From Gemmatimonadales bacterium (GTDB taxonomy: Bacteria; Gemmatimonadota; Gemmatimonadetes; Gemmatimonadales; GWC2-71-9): a stretch of 34,444 nucleotides of DNA. Below, piece after piece: positions 1 to 10,900 of the stretch. Where the stretch lies: positions 1 through 34,444 of the forward strand of contig JBDIWC010000042.1 in NCBI GenBank assembly GCA_039794085.1. Direction: 5' to 3'. Both the position numbers and the translations under genes were made by a program. The stretch's first letter is position 1. Each line of letters begins with the position of its first letter. The notes below the pieces were generated by a model that did no database searches, had not been told where the DNA came from, and was given only the letters and a program-made list of their open reading frames with translations.

Positions 1-169
1 TCTGGGGGCGGGGAGAGGGCTCCGGAGGGACAGGAACCCATGCCGAAGCCGGAAGAGCCCAACCCTGAAGTGGATGGACCCGTCTGGTGAACCCGAGTCA
101 ACTTGCTCCGTGGCCAAGCGGTTGGCGCCGCTTCGGCCATGCCGTTTGCACGGGAATTGGAGAAGAACC

Positions 170-286
170 GAAGTTTGAAGTTCGAAGGAGGAGGGAGACC
201 CAGCGCCCAACACCCAACACCCAACACCCCGGGGGGCTGGGTCTTGGGTGTCGGGTATTGGGGCCCCCTACCCCCTACCGCCTACC
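170..286. repeat. Cluster of 7-bp tandem repeats: GAAGTT(T/C), (CCCAACA)3 with an inverted TGGGT(C/G)T-like set, and CC(C/G)CCTA
   Basis: gaagtttgaagttcgaagg at 170-188; cccaacacccaacacccaaca at 206-226 facing tgggtcttgggtgtcgggtattggg at 238-263; ccccctaccccctaccgcctacc at 264-286. Confidence 0.85.
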
Positions 287-839
287 TGGCAACTCCCGCC
301 TCCCACTTCTGTCCCGCAAACGCCTCGTCGAGCGGCGTGGCGGCGATGTGGTTGGTGTAGTTGCTCAGGGTCTTGAGGGCCACGCCGGTGATGACGCCGA
401 GAACGTGGGCCGGGGTGAATCCCGCCGCCAGGAACGCGGAGACGGCCTCGTCACCCGCGAATCCCCGCTCCCGCACCACCGTCGTTGTGAAGGCACGCAA
501 CGCCTCAAGCCGGGCATCGGGCAGCGCCTGGCCCTCGCGCAGCGCCGCCAGCGTGGCGTCATCGAACAGCTTGCCTCCCTTGGCCACCGTGGAATGGGCC
601 GCCACGCAGTAGGTGCAGCCATTCTCCACACTCACGGCCAGCAGGACGACCTGCTGCTCGGCGGGGCTCAGTCCCGTGTTGCCGAGAGCCTGCGACAGGG
701 CCACGTAGGCCTCCAGTGCCCCGGGGGACCCGGCCAGGACACCGTGGAGATTGGGGACCATCCCATAGTTCGACCGCACCTTCTGGAGGATCGGACGGGA
801 GGCCTCGGGGGCGTTTGCTTCAGTGTGAACTGTGAACAT
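282..839 (-). CDS. Carboxymuconolactone decarboxylase / AhpD-like peroxidase family protein
   Basis: ATG at 839 with AGGAG RBS; MFTVHTEANAPEAS...YGMVPNL and SVENGCTYCVAAH (CxxC...H), typical of the AhpD/CMD family. Confidence 0.88.
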   Translation of the reverse strand: MFTVHTEANAPEASRPILQKVRSNYGMVPNLHGVLAGSPGALEAYVALSQALGNTGLSPAEQQVVLLAVSVENGCTYCVAAHSTVAKGGKLFDDATLAALREGQALPDARLEALRAFTTTVVRERGFAGDEAVSAFLAAGFTPAHVLGVITGVALKTLSNYTNHIAATPLDEAFAGQKWEAGVAR

Positions 840-890
840 CGTGTACTCCTTGAAGTGAAAGGACCTGCTACTCCAACACACGCGAATGCA

Positions 891-1472
891 TCAGGAGGAA
901 ACTTCCCTCGCGCGGTCATGAACCCAGAGTGCGAGGGAATCGAACCGACGCCGAACCACCTGCGGGTCGTGAAAGCAGTGGGCCAGCACGATCGCCCCAT
1001 GCATGCCCGCCTGCAGCTCGAGCCCGAGGGCACCAGCCTCCACCGCGGAGTATCCCATCCCCTCGAACTGCTGGCAGAGCCAGGAGAGCTGCCTCTCGAG
1101 CAGACCCGCGCTCATCCGGGACAACGGCCCCTCCACCCGTTCCAAGTCCTGGGCCAGACATCCAAAAGGACACCCGTGCCCCGCCAGCTCATCCTTCCGG
1201 AATTGCGTCATGGTCAGCAACGCCACGATCCTCGCCTCCGAAGTCGGAGCTTGGCCCGCCTCCTCCAGCATCTTCTCCAACTCCTCCAGCCGGGCCGTGA
1301 CCACCGCATCGGCCAGCGATTCCTTGGTCCGGTAGTAGTAGTACATGTTGCCCAACGGGACTCCCGCCTCCTGGGCCACATCAGCGAGGGTCGTCGCGGT
1401 AAACCCCTTGCGGTGCAGAAGGGATTTGGCGCCCTCCAGAATCCTGGTGCGCTTGTCCGTAGTCAGATTCAT
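891..1472 (-). CDS. TetR/AcrR family transcriptional regulator
   Basis: N-terminal HTH GFTATTLADVAQEAGVPLGNMYYYYRTKE; C-terminal GCPFG motif. Confidence 0.93.
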   Translation of the reverse strand: MNLTTDKRTRILEGAKSLLHRKGFTATTLADVAQEAGVPLGNMYYYYRTKESLADAVVTARLEELEKMLEEAGQAPTSEARIVALLTMTQFRKDELAGHGCPFGCLAQDLERVEGPLSRMSAGLLERQLSWLCQQFEGMGYSAVEAGALGLELQAGMHGAIVLAHCFHDPQVVRRRFDSLALWVHDRAREVSS

Positions 1473-1507
1473 ATAAGCAAGCTAACTAACTTACATGTCA
1501 TTGTCAA
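1473..1507 (-). promoter_or_regulatory. Sigma70-type promoter for a leaderless tetR transcript, overlapped by an imperfect palindrome (probable operator)
   Basis: Minus strand reads TTGACA-17 bp-TAGCTT-6 nt-ATG with no RBS; taagcaagctaactaactta is 14/20 self-complementary. Confidence 0.7.
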
Positions 1508-1691
1508 GCCACCCGGATCCCTCAAGCTTGCATGTTGCCTCGCCAGCCCCCTGCGCCAGATCTCACAGCAGAGCCGCAAGATACTGTAAAACAACAACTT
1601 GAACTGCTGGGCATCTTCTTTGCCATCGTGGAGATACACCACTGAATCAAACCACATCCCTTCTGCGAGTCACCAGCGACGGGGGCGAGTC

Positions 1692-3887
1692 ATGGAGTGG
1701 GGAGGACACGACAAGTCGGAGCGCCCGAAAGGGCGGCGGACGATCGGCCGCAAGGTCCTGGGGACCCGTGTGGGCAGGAACCTCATTCTGGTTCTGGCCG
1801 CCTCGTCCCTCCTCCCCATCCTCGTTCTCGCTCTCCTCTCCGATCGGGAAGTCTCCGGGCAACTCAAGGACCAGAGTCGCATCCGGCTGGAACAGCTGAA
1901 CCACAGCCTCGGCGAAGGAATCACCAACCGACTCGCGCTGACGGCCAACCTTCTTCAATTGCACGCCGCCCGCATCGCGGGCCGACCGGATCCGAGGGGA
2001 ACGGAGGCCCCGGATTGGCGGAGCGACCAGGTTCCTCCTGGTCTCCTGGAACTCGAGGTCTCCAGTTCCATACCCCCGGGAGAGCGGAAGGAACTCTCCG
2101 AGGCCGATTGGGGACATCTGGCACGGGGAAAGCCCCTCCTCTGGCGCGGGCCGGCATCGGGCGCACTTTGGCTGGGAATCCTTCTTCCCGGATCGGGGCG
2201 ACGCACCATTGTCTGGGGCATGCTCGACCCCGATCTCATCTTTGCCTCGCGTGCCCCGAGTGGATTCGCACGGGACTATGGGGCCTGCGTTCTCGATGGG
2301 AGCCGGTCACCTGTGGTGTGTGACCGGAACACCCCCCAGCCACCGGTCGTGGCCAACTCGGCCGGGGCTGCGTTTCTGGAATGGCAGGAGGGCGGGGAGA
2401 CATGGTACTCCAGCACCAACACGATCGACCTCCTGCCCGAGTACAGGATGGAACCCTGGCGTCTGGTCGTGAGTGAGGCGAGGGCATCCATCTTCGCGCC
2501 TCTTCTCACCTTCCGGAAGCGGTTCCTCTGGATCAGCATCTTTGCCGGGGTCATCCTCCTCTACTTGGGCACCGGCCTCGTTCGGCGGAACATGGAACCC
2601 CTCGCGCGCCTCCGTGAGGCCACCAGCCACATCGCCCGCCAGGATTTTTCCCACCGGGTGGAAATCCACGCCCTCGGGCGGGACGAGTTCCACGACCTTG
2701 CTGAGTCCTTCAACGGGATGGCCCACCATCTCGAACAACACACCCGGCTGCTCACCGCCGGCCATGCCATCGACCGGGCGGTCCTCTCGGCCCTCGATCG
2801 CGACCAGATCGTCGAGGTCCTCCTCCACCGCTGCGGGGAGCTCCTCCCCAGTGACGCGCTTGCCATCGCCCTGGCCCGCCCCGACCGGCCCGGTACCTGG
2901 ACCCTCTCGGCGCTGGAACCGGACAGCGGACGGAGACAGGAAGTGGATCTCTGCCTCCTCGACGTCGAGCAGCGGGAACTCGCCACTGAGGCCGACCTGG
3001 TCGTGGTGGACCCGGAGGGCGGAACCCGCAGCTACCTTCGGTTCGGACCTCTGCGGGACGGGATGGCCTCCTATCACATCGTGCCCATCATCCTTGCGGG
3101 ACGCGTCCAGGGACTCATCGTGCTGGGATTCCGCGCCACCATCGCCATCGACGAAGGGCGCCGTCTCCGCGCCCGTCAACTGGCCGACCGGGTGGCCGTG
3201 GCGCTCACCAACGCGAATCTCGTCCTGGAGCTGGGCCAGCTCCATGTGGGCACCCTCACGGCACTCGCCCGGGCGATCGACGCCAAGTCGCCCTGGACGG
3301 CGGGACACTCCGAGCGGGTCACCGAACACGCCCAGTCCCTTGGCGCCTGGCTTGGCCTCGACGCCGAGGAACTCGAGCGGCTGCGACGGGGAGGACTCCT
3401 CCACGACGTCGGAAAGATCGGCACCCCCGCCGAGATTCTCGACAAGGCCGGTCCCCTGACCGCGGAGGAGCGCACGATCATCCAGGCTCACACCGTCACC
3501 GGCGCCCGCATCCTGGCACCGATCCGTGCCTATGCCGACGTACTGGACATTGTCCGACACCACCACGAACGCTGGGACGGCACCGGCTACCCCGACCACC
3601 TCGCCGGCGAGGAGATTCCGAAGCTCGCCCGGGTACTCGCCCTGGCCGACGTGTACGACGCCCTCACCTCCGCCCGTCCCTACCGTCCGGCGATGACCAA
3701 AGCCACCGCAATGGAGATCATCGCGCGAGGGTCGGGCACCATGTTCGATCCCGTCTTTGCCCGCGCCTTCGCCGAGATGATGGGGTGCGCCCCCACGTCC
3801 CCCATGTCCTCGCTCCGCCTCGCCCGGGAGCCGTCCGGGGTACCGGCCGGTACGCTGACCTCGGCGTGGCTCGCTCCGGAATCCTAG
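1692..3887 (+). CDS. Membrane-bound HAMP-GAF-HD-GYP cyclic-dinucleotide phosphodiesterase
   Basis: Two hydrophobic segments, HAMP (PLARLREAT...DEFHDLAESFNGM), GAF-like region, and HD-GYP motifs GHSERV, LHDVGKI, HHHERWDGTGYP, ADVYDAL; start at ATG 1692 is inferred. Confidence 0.92.
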   Translation: MEWGGHDKSERPKGRRTIGRKVLGTRVGRNLILVLAASSLLPILVLALLSDREVSGQLKDQSRIRLEQLNHSLGEGITNRLALTANLLQLHAARIAGRPDPRGTEAPDWRSDQVPPGLLELEVSSSIPPGERKELSEADWGHLARGKPLLWRGPASGALWLGILLPGSGRRTIVWGMLDPDLIFASRAPSGFARDYGACVLDGSRSPVVCDRNTPQPPVVANSAGAAFLEWQEGGETWYSSTNTIDLLPEYRMEPWRLVVSEARASIFAPLLTFRKRFLWISIFAGVILLYLGTGLVRRNMEPLARLREATSHIARQDFSHRVEIHALGRDEFHDLAESFNGMAHHLEQHTRLLTAGHAIDRAVLSALDRDQIVEVLLHRCGELLPSDALAIALARPDRPGTWTLSALEPDSGRRQEVDLCLLDVEQRELATEADLVVVDPEGGTRSYLRFGPLRDGMASYHIVPIILAGRVQGLIVLGFRATIAIDEGRRLRARQLADRVAVALTNANLVLELGQLHVGTLTALARAIDAKSPWTAGHSERVTEHAQSLGAWLGLDAEELERLRRGGLLHDVGKIGTPAEILDKAGPLTAEERTIIQAHTVTGARILAPIRAYADVLDIVRHHHERWDGTGYPDHLAGEEIPKLARVLALADVYDALTSARPYRPAMTKATAMEIIARGSGTMFDPVFARAFAEMMGCAPTSPMSSLRLAREPSGVPAGTLTSAWLAPES

Positions 3888-3981
3888 CCCCCCCCTGTAC
3901 AGACCGACATTCGGGCGGTACTCTCGTGGGGCTTGGGGCAGTCGACCCCGGGCTCACCCACCGTTCACCAGGAGGTTTCCT

Positions 3982-4533
3982 ATGATGCCGCTGGTGCTGC
4001 CCACCTTCGTCTCCGCCGTACTCGTCTTCATCGTCAGTTCGGTGATTCATGTCGTGCTCCACTACCACGACAACGACTTCTCCCGGCTGCCCGACGAGGA
4101 CGGGGTGAGAAACGCCCTCCGTCCCTTCAACATTCCTCCCGGCGATTACCACGCGCCGCGTCCCGACAGCCCCCAGGGGATGAAGGACCCGGCCTTCCTG
4201 GACAAGCTCGCCACCGGGCCCGTCTTCATGATGACCGTCTTTCCCTCCGGTCCCATCAACATGACCCGGAGTCTCCTCCTCTGGTTCGTCTACTGCCTCG
4301 TGGTAGGAGTGTTCGCCGCCTACGTCGCGATGCACGCGGCCGCCCCTGGCGCGAACTACCTGGAAGTGTTCCGGTTTGTGGGCACGGTGGCCTTTGCCGG
4401 CTACGGCCTGGCCCTGGCCCAGGGTTCGATCTGGTATCAGCGCAAGTGGAGCGCCACCTTCCGGTCGATGTTCGATGCCCTCATCTACGCCCTCCTCACC
4501 GCGGGTACCTTCGGCTGGATGTGGCCCGACTGA
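3982..4533 (+). CDS. Hypothetical integral membrane protein
   Basis: GGAGG RBS at 3971; about four hydrophobic helices; coding-like codon pattern. Confidence 0.8.
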   Translation: MMPLVLPTFVSAVLVFIVSSVIHVVLHYHDNDFSRLPDEDGVRNALRPFNIPPGDYHAPRPDSPQGMKDPAFLDKLATGPVFMMTVFPSGPINMTRSLLLWFVYCLVVGVFAAYVAMHAAAPGANYLEVFRFVGTVAFAGYGLALAQGSIWYQRKWSATFRSMFDALIYALLTAGTFGWMWPD

Positions 4534-4538
4534 AGGGG

Positions 4539-4643
4539 GAAGTTTGAAGTTTGAAGTGTGACTTGGATCCACGTGTTCGCGGGATGGATCAGAGATCCTG
4601 GATGCTTTTCCCTTCAAACTTCAAACTTCACACTTCGAACTTC
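4539..4643. repeat. Inverted pair of GAAGT(T/G)(T/C) heptamer arrays between convergent genes; possible hairpin or terminator
   Basis: gaagtttgaagtttgaagtgtga at 4539-4561 and cttcaaacttcaaacttcacacttcgaacttc at 4612-4643. Confidence 0.8.
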
Positions 4644-4644
4644 T

Positions 4645-5145
4645 TCACGGTGCCGCCCGGAGGTGAGCCAGCGGTGCCGCGGTGGAACATTGCGACCAGG
4701 GATCCTCGTCCTCGGGGAGTACCGGGAGCTTCCGCCGGTACTCCTGCTCCAGGAGAGCGGAGGAGACGATGAAGTCCGCCGTGGCGCGGTTGCAGGCGAT
4801 CGGAATGTTGTAGACCACCGCGATGCGCAGGAGGGCCTTGACGTCCACGTCATGGGGCAGCGGCTCCAGCGGATCCCAGAAGAAGATCACGAAATCGATC
4901 CGGTCCTCCGCGATGCCGGCTCCGACCTGGAGGTCCCCGCCCATCGGGCCACTCTTGAACAGGGTGATCGGGAGACCGAGGTCGGTCGAGAGAAGGGCGC
5001 CCGTGGTCCCCGTGGCGTGGAGATCGTGGCGGGAGAGCGTGCCCCGGTTGTAGCGCGACCAGTCGAGGAGGTCGAGCTTGCGGTTGTCGTGGGCGATGAG
5101 CGCGATGCGCTTGCGGACGCACATCGGGGAGGCGATACGAACCAT
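4645..5145 (-). CDS. mgsA: Methylglyoxal synthase
   Basis: Motifs IALIAHD, ATGTTG, SGPMGGDLQ, FFWDPL..PHDVDVKALLR, ACNRATAD. Confidence 0.96.
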   Translation of the reverse strand: MVRIASPMCVRKRIALIAHDNRKLDLLDWSRYNRGTLSRHDLHATGTTGALLSTDLGLPITLFKSGPMGGDLQVGAGIAEDRIDFVIFFWDPLEPLPHDVDVKALLRIAVVYNIPIACNRATADFIVSSALLEQEYRRKLPVLPEDEDPWSQCSTAAPLAHLRAAP

Positions 5146-5433
5146 CGTAACCGTTCCGGCTGAGGGAGTGCGAAAGATTCTCAAGCCGTGTGCCCCCGGG
5201 GTGACGCGCCGGTAACAAGTCTGAAGGTCGAAGTTCGAAGTCTTCCACCTCAAGCATCACACGCCTCCCCTCCGAAGAGCGCCGTGCCTGACGGGGCGTG
5301 GTGGTCCGGTTGATTCCCCGAAAACTGTGTCTGCGATGGAATGCGCGTGATGCGATGGATCGGACCGCAGGAGATCCCGGCCTTCCCCATATTGGGCCAT
5401 GACTTGCGCCCCCACCGCCGAGGAAGGCACTAT

Positions 5434-5985
5434 ATGGGTATGGTTGCCCCACGTTTCTGGACGGTCGACCAGGTCCGGTCCCTCCCCGAGGACGGAACCC
5501 GGCGGGAAGTGGTGCACGGGACGCTCCTCGTGACCCCTGCACCGAGCGCCTGGCACGAGGAGATATCCCTCCGCCTGTTGGAGGAGATTCGCGCCTGGCT
5601 CCGACGCACCTCCGTGGGTCATGCTTTCGGATCGCGCTCCGATCTTACCTGGGGCCGGGAGGACACCCTCGTTTCACCCGACCTGATCGTCGTTCCCCTG
5701 GAGGAGGCCCGGTGTTTGGAATGGAGTGCCCTGCGTACCGTGCTCCTCGTGGTCGAAGTTTTGAGCCCATCGTCACTTCGCATGGACAGAACGATCAAGC
5801 GTCGTCTTTACCAGGAGCGAGGGGTGGCCCACTACTGGATCGTGGACCCGGAGGCGCAGCTTGTCGAGGTCTGGCGCCCCGGGGATGCGTCCCCGTGCGT
5901 CGAACGCGACCAAATAACGTGGCAGCCCACCGGAGCCCCCTCCCCTTTCTCCCTCCGCTTGGCTGAACTCTTCCGGCCGCTCTGA
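5434..5985 (+). CDS. Uma2 family (PDDEXK-like) putative endonuclease
   Basis: LPEDG.RREVVHG.L.VTPAP...H, PDLIVV, LVVEVLSPSS..D...KRRLY...GV.HYWIVDP. Confidence 0.92.
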   Translation: MGMVAPRFWTVDQVRSLPEDGTRREVVHGTLLVTPAPSAWHEEISLRLLEEIRAWLRRTSVGHAFGSRSDLTWGREDTLVSPDLIVVPLEEARCLEWSALRTVLLVVEVLSPSSLRMDRTIKRRLYQERGVAHYWIVDPEAQLVEVWRPGDASPCVERDQITWQPTGAPSPFSLRLAELFRPL

Positions 5986-6037
5986 GGCGGATCCTGACCT
6001 CCACAGACCCTTCGCGCTCCCTCCCTTGAACGTCCTC

Positions 6038-6069
6038 CTTCACACTTCAAACTTCACACTTCGAACTTC
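6038..6069. repeat. Heptamer tandem repeat (CTTCAAA/CTTCACA/CTTCGAA)
   Basis: cttcacacttcaaacttcacacttcgaacttc directly after the DUF885 stop codon. Confidence 0.85.
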
Positions 6070-7782
6070 CTAGAACCTCCACGACGCCCGAAAATCCTGC
6101 GGCACCAAGGTGCCGAGCAGCCGGGCTCGCACCAGTTCCACCGGCATCGTCCCTCCCTGAAGGATCGCGTCGTGGAAGGCGCGGTCGGTCATCCGCCCCG
6201 AGTCCACCAGCTCCGCATGCAGGGCCCGGAACTGGAGCCCCCCGATCATGTACGCGATCTGGTAGAGGGGCGGATAGGAGCCGTTGAAGGAACGGCGCAC
6301 TTCCGCCGTGGCGTTGGCGCGCTCATGCCCCACCCGATCCACCAGGAAGTCGATCGACTCCTGTGGCGTCATCGTGCCGAGATGAAACCGGAGTGAAAAG
6401 ATGATCCGGGCCGACCGGTGCATCCTCCAGAACAGCATCCCCACCCGGTCCTGGGCGTTCCGGGGGAAGCCCTGGTCCCAGAGCAGCATCTCCCAGTAGA
6501 GAGCCCACCCCTCGGTCCAGAACGGGGTTCGGAACTCGCGACGGTGGGTCTGGTACCGGGCGTTCATGAACCCCTGGAGATGATGCCCCGGAATCAGCTC
6601 GTGATGCACCGTGGCCCGGGAAAAGTGCGGGTTGTTCCCCCGCATGCTCATCAGCTTGTCCTCCTCGGCCATCGCGTCGGTCGGGTAGGAGACGCGAATC
6701 ACCTCCCCCCCCAGAAAGAAGGGACTCACCTTTTGTTGCTCCGGAGAGAGCATCTCCATCCGCCAGATCTCACGGGCCAGGGGCGGCACCGTCACCAGCC
6801 CGCGGGACTCCACGAACTCCACCGCCTCATGAGCCAGGTCGCGGACCAGATCGGTCTGACGCCCCGGCTCCACGAAGGTGTTCTTCACCATCTCGAGCGC
6901 GGCCTTCCAGTCGTCCCCGAAGCCGAGCTCCCGCGAGGCCTTCTTCATTTCCGCCTCGCTCCAGGCAAACTCCCGCTCGGCGATCGCCACCAGCTCCTCG
7001 GGGCCGTAGGGGATCATCTCGAAGCCCAGCTCCCGGCGGAGGGCGTCGGCCCCGATCGGATCCCCGATGATCGGCTCGTCGTCGCCGGGACGTTGCCCCA
7101 CCACCTGGGTCCGCAGGGTCCTGATGTATCCGGCCAGGGCGGAATCGGCCCGCTGGTGTGGTGCCCGGTTCCACCAGGTGAACACCGGGTCGTACCCGGC
7201 GTAGTACTCGTACCAGCTCTTGAGGGTCCGCCGGAGGGTTTCCAGCGTGGAGACGCTGCGGAGCGCCACGATCCGGGTGGCACGGGCGGTGTCCCGGGTC
7301 GCACCCGGTTCAGTCACGGCGTGGCGGAGGGAATCGATCGTGGCCGAGAGGGCGGCGAGTGTCGTGGCGGTCCGCCGGGGCTGAATCGTCTCCCTCGCCT
7401 GACGCGACTCCATGAGCCCTGCGATCGTCTCCACGAAGGGGACGAAGCGCGCCATCTCCCGCACCCGTCTCTCCTCCAGGTCGAGCGCCGCCTGCTCTCG
7501 CCGGATCGCATTCGAGAGGAGAACCCAGTCGAGTCGCCCCTCGACGCCAAGGGTGCCGAACGAGACTCGCTGGAGCCGATCACTCCACTCGGCAAGGAAC
7601 CCGCGCATCCGCTCCCGGCGGACGCTCGACCAGGGAGTGGAATACCGGCGGGAAAGCACGTCGCGATCGGTGCTGAACCGCTGCACCGAATCGCGCAGTT
7701 CACTGACCTGTGCCGCGGCGGGGGAGGAAAGAGCACCGAGTCCGAGGAGCAGGAACACACCGATCCGGAGAACGAGGGTCAC
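6070..7782 (-). CDS. DUF885 family exported protein (putative metallopeptidase-like)
   Basis: Signal peptide; HHELIPGHHLQ, FWTEGWALYWE, WRMHRSARI, YMIGG motifs. Confidence 0.88.
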   Translation of the reverse strand: MTLVLRIGVFLLLGLGALSSPAAAQVSELRDSVQRFSTDRDVLSRRYSTPWSSVRRERMRGFLAEWSDRLQRVSFGTLGVEGRLDWVLLSNAIRREQAALDLEERRVREMARFVPFVETIAGLMESRQARETIQPRRTATTLAALSATIDSLRHAVTEPGATRDTARATRIVALRSVSTLETLRRTLKSWYEYYAGYDPVFTWWNRAPHQRADSALAGYIRTLRTQVVGQRPGDDEPIIGDPIGADALRRELGFEMIPYGPEELVAIAEREFAWSEAEMKKASRELGFGDDWKAALEMVKNTFVEPGRQTDLVRDLAHEAVEFVESRGLVTVPPLAREIWRMEMLSPEQQKVSPFFLGGEVIRVSYPTDAMAEEDKLMSMRGNNPHFSRATVHHELIPGHHLQGFMNARYQTHRREFRTPFWTEGWALYWEMLLWDQGFPRNAQDRVGMLFWRMHRSARIIFSLRFHLGTMTPQESIDFLVDRVGHERANATAEVRRSFNGSYPPLYQIAYMIGGLQFRALHAELVDSGRMTDRAFHDAILQGGTMPVELVRARLLGTLVPQDFRASWRF

Positions 7783-7795
7783 GAGACGGGTCCTG

Positions 7796-7927
7796 TGTGT
7801 GAAGTGTGAAGTGTGAAGTTTGAAGTTTGAAACAATGAGGTTTGAAGTGCGAAGGAGGAAGGGTGAGCGGAGTTACGCGTGCTCACCCTTCGAACTTCGA
7901 ACTTCGAACTTCGAACATCAAACTTCC
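7796..7927. repeat. Inverted heptamer arrays (TGAAGTG/TGAAGTT versus CTTCGAA)
   Basis: tgtgaagtgtgaagtgtgaagtttgaagtttgaa at about 7798-7831 and cttcgaacttcgaacttcgaacttcgaacatcaaacttc at 7888-7926. Confidence 0.85.
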
Positions 7928-7928
7928 G

Positions 7929-10900
7929 TCAGGTCGTGATCTTCGGCTCCACCCGCTCGGGCACCGTGATCGGCTCGAGCCCCAGCGCCCGCAACCGGTC
8001 GTTCAACTTGCCCAGCTCCTCGTTGAAGATCACCCGCAACCGGGTGAGCTGTCCCTCCAGCGCCTCCGAGAGAAACTCGAACGCTTCCCGGGCCTGATCG
8101 GTGGGCCGGAAATCGGCGCTCTCCACCACGCCGCGCAGCGCCGCGATCTGGTTGTTCAACTTGATCGGGAAGTTGAGCGGATCCTGGCGAGCCTCCAGCC
8201 GCACCTGGTACACCTCTCCCTCCACGCCGGCGATTCCCTCCTTGAGGGAGGCCGCCTGGCGCGCCAGGGTGGCGTCGTCGCTCCGGGTGAGGCGGTCGTC
8301 CACCTGCTTCCGCACGTCGCGGATCTGGATCACCGCGGCGTGGGCGTCATCCACCCGGGATGAAATCTGGTTGCTCAGACGGAACTGCTCCTCGAAATCG
8401 GCCTGGGTGATGTTGGTGAGCCGGGGATCCTTGACGATCTCGAACGGCTCGGTGAAGGTCTGGCCATGGGCCGTGAGACGCGCCTGGTACCGTCCTGGAG
8501 GGGCGAGCGGACCCTGGGTGTTGGCCGCCCAGAAAATGAGTCCCGGGAAGTCGCGGGGACCGGGGTACCGCATGTCCCAGGTGAACCGGTGGTGCCCCGC
8601 CGTGACGCTCACCCGGCTCCGGCCGCCTCCGAATCCGCCAAACCCGCCGCCCCCGCCCCCGCCTCCCTGGCCCCGGCGGGCCGTGGAGTCGGATTTGCTG
8701 CCCGCAAAGGTGCGGATCACCGTGCCCTGCGCGTCGAGGATCTCCAGGGTGACGGTGTCGGCCGCCTCACCGAGGTAGTAATCGATCTCGGGAAGGAAGG
8801 AGCGGCGACGGCTGTACGGCTCGGAGGGCCGGGAGAGGGTCCGAACCGCGGTGGCGGGCCGGTAGAGATGCGCCTTTGCCGAGGCGAGGGTCGAGGCCGC
8901 CTGCCGGATCGGGGTGATGTTGTCGAGGATCCAGTAGGAGCGCCCATGGGAGGCGATCACGATGTCGTCGCCCTTGAGCACGAGCCCGGGGACCTGGACC
9001 GTCGGCAGGTTGAACTGAAGCGACTGCCAGTTGGCGCCATCGTCGAACGACACCATCACGCCCATTTCCGTGCCGGCATAGAGCAGCCCGGGCCGCACCA
9101 GATCCTCGCGCACGGTGCGCACGTAGTGACCCTCGGGAATGCCCCGGGTGATCCGGGTCCAGGTACGCCCGTAGTCGGTGGTGCGGAACAGGTAGGGCGC
9201 CACGTCCTGGCTCCGGTACCGGACCGCCGCGACGTACGCCTTCCCCGGCATGTGGGGCGAGACGTCGATTTCGTGCACCCGGCTGAACTTGGGCAGCGCG
9301 GGCGGGGTGATGTCGGTCCAGGTGACGCCGTCATCCCGCGTCAGATGCACCTTGCCGTCGTCCGAACCGACCCAGAGCTCCCCCTTCGCATGACGAGACT
9401 CCGCGATCCGCCACACGGTCCCGTAGTACTCGACGCTGGTCTGGTCCCGCGTGATGTCACCACCCGAAGGGCCCAGCGTCTCCGGTTCGGCGTACGTCAG
9501 ATCACCGCTGATCCGGGTCCAACTCTGGCCTCCATTGTTGGAGCGCCACACGTGCTGTGACCCCACGTACACCACCCGCGTGTCGTGCTGCGACGCCGTG
9601 ATCGGACTGTTCCACTGGAACCGTTCCCGGAGGTCCCGGGGCGAGTTGCCCATCGGATTCACCGGCCAGACGTTGATGGCCCGGTTCTGCCCGGTGATCC
9701 GGTTCATGTAGCTCAGAGATCCGCCGTAGCAGGCGGCATAGAAGAGATCGACGTCGGAGGGATGGGGCGTCACCGGCCCGGTTTCACAGCCGCCCGGCGC
9801 GTACATGTAGCTCCCGTCTCCATCCATCGGCACGCAGGAGGTGCTGTTGTCCTGCTGCCCGCCGCACACATGATAGGGGAAGTGATTGGTGGTGCGGACA
9901 TCGTACATCTGCGCCGTGGGGAAGTCCTGCTCGGTCCAGGTCTCCCCCCCGTTCCACGACACGTTGGCGCCGCCGTCGTTGGAGCTGATCATCCGCTGGT
10001 TGTTGGTCGGATCGATCCAGAGGTCGTGATTGTCGCCATGGGGGACACTGATGCTGGTCCACGTCTTCCCGCCGTCCTTCGAACGCCAGAACTGCACGTT
10101 CACCACGTACACCGTCTCCTTGTCGACCGGGTCGGCGTAGATCCGGGTGTAGTAGAAGGCGCGCTGCCGCACGTTCCGGTCGGTGCTCACCCGGGTCCAG
10201 GTGGCGCCGCCGTCGTCCGAGCTGAACACCCCACCCTGGTCCGACTCAATGATCGCATAGACCCGGTTCGGGTCGGCGCCCGACACGCTCACTCCCACCT
10301 TGCCCCAGAGCGTGGTCGGGAGACCGGGATTCCCGGTCAGTTCGGTCCAGGTGGTGCCGCCGTCGGTGCTCTTGAAGAGGCCGCTCCCGGGTCCGCCGCT
10401 CTCCAGCTTCCACTCCTTGCGGTAGGCCTGCCAGAACCCGGCGTAGAGCGTCCGCGGGTTGGTGGGATCGATGGTGAGGTCAACCGCTCCCGCCTGATTG
10501 CTCCGGAAGAGCACCTTTTCCCAGGTGTCCCCGCCGTCGGTGGTCCGGTAGACGCCCCGTTCCTCGTTGGGGCCGAAGGGATCGCCGAACACCGCGACAT
10601 ACACCCGGTTGCAGTCGGAGGGATCGATTCGAACCCGGCCCACCATCTGCTGTCCGGTGCGCGAGCCGAGCCCCTTGTGGGCCCAGGTCTTCCCGCCGTC
10701 GGTGGAGCGGTAGACGCCGTCGCCGGGGATCACGTTGCCGCGGAACTGCACCTCGCCGAAGCCGGCCCAGACCACGTCGGGATTGGCGTAGCACTGGGCC
10801 AGGGCGCCCGCCGAGGCGGTGCCGAACTGGCCGTCGCCCACCGGGGTCCAGGTGTTGCCGGCGTCGACCGTTTTCCAGACCCCGCCGCCGGTGGCGCCGA

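Noticed and set aside
1..90. Possible 3' end of an upstream gene
   Set aside because: Too short to assign a frame or product.
87..1589. Long alternative-frame ORFs (e.g. 87-1589+, 6418-7809+, 9585-11078+, 14277-15995+, 19658-21520+, 32761-33900-)
   Set aside because: Antisense shadows of well-supported genes in high-GC DNA, with no recognisable motifs.
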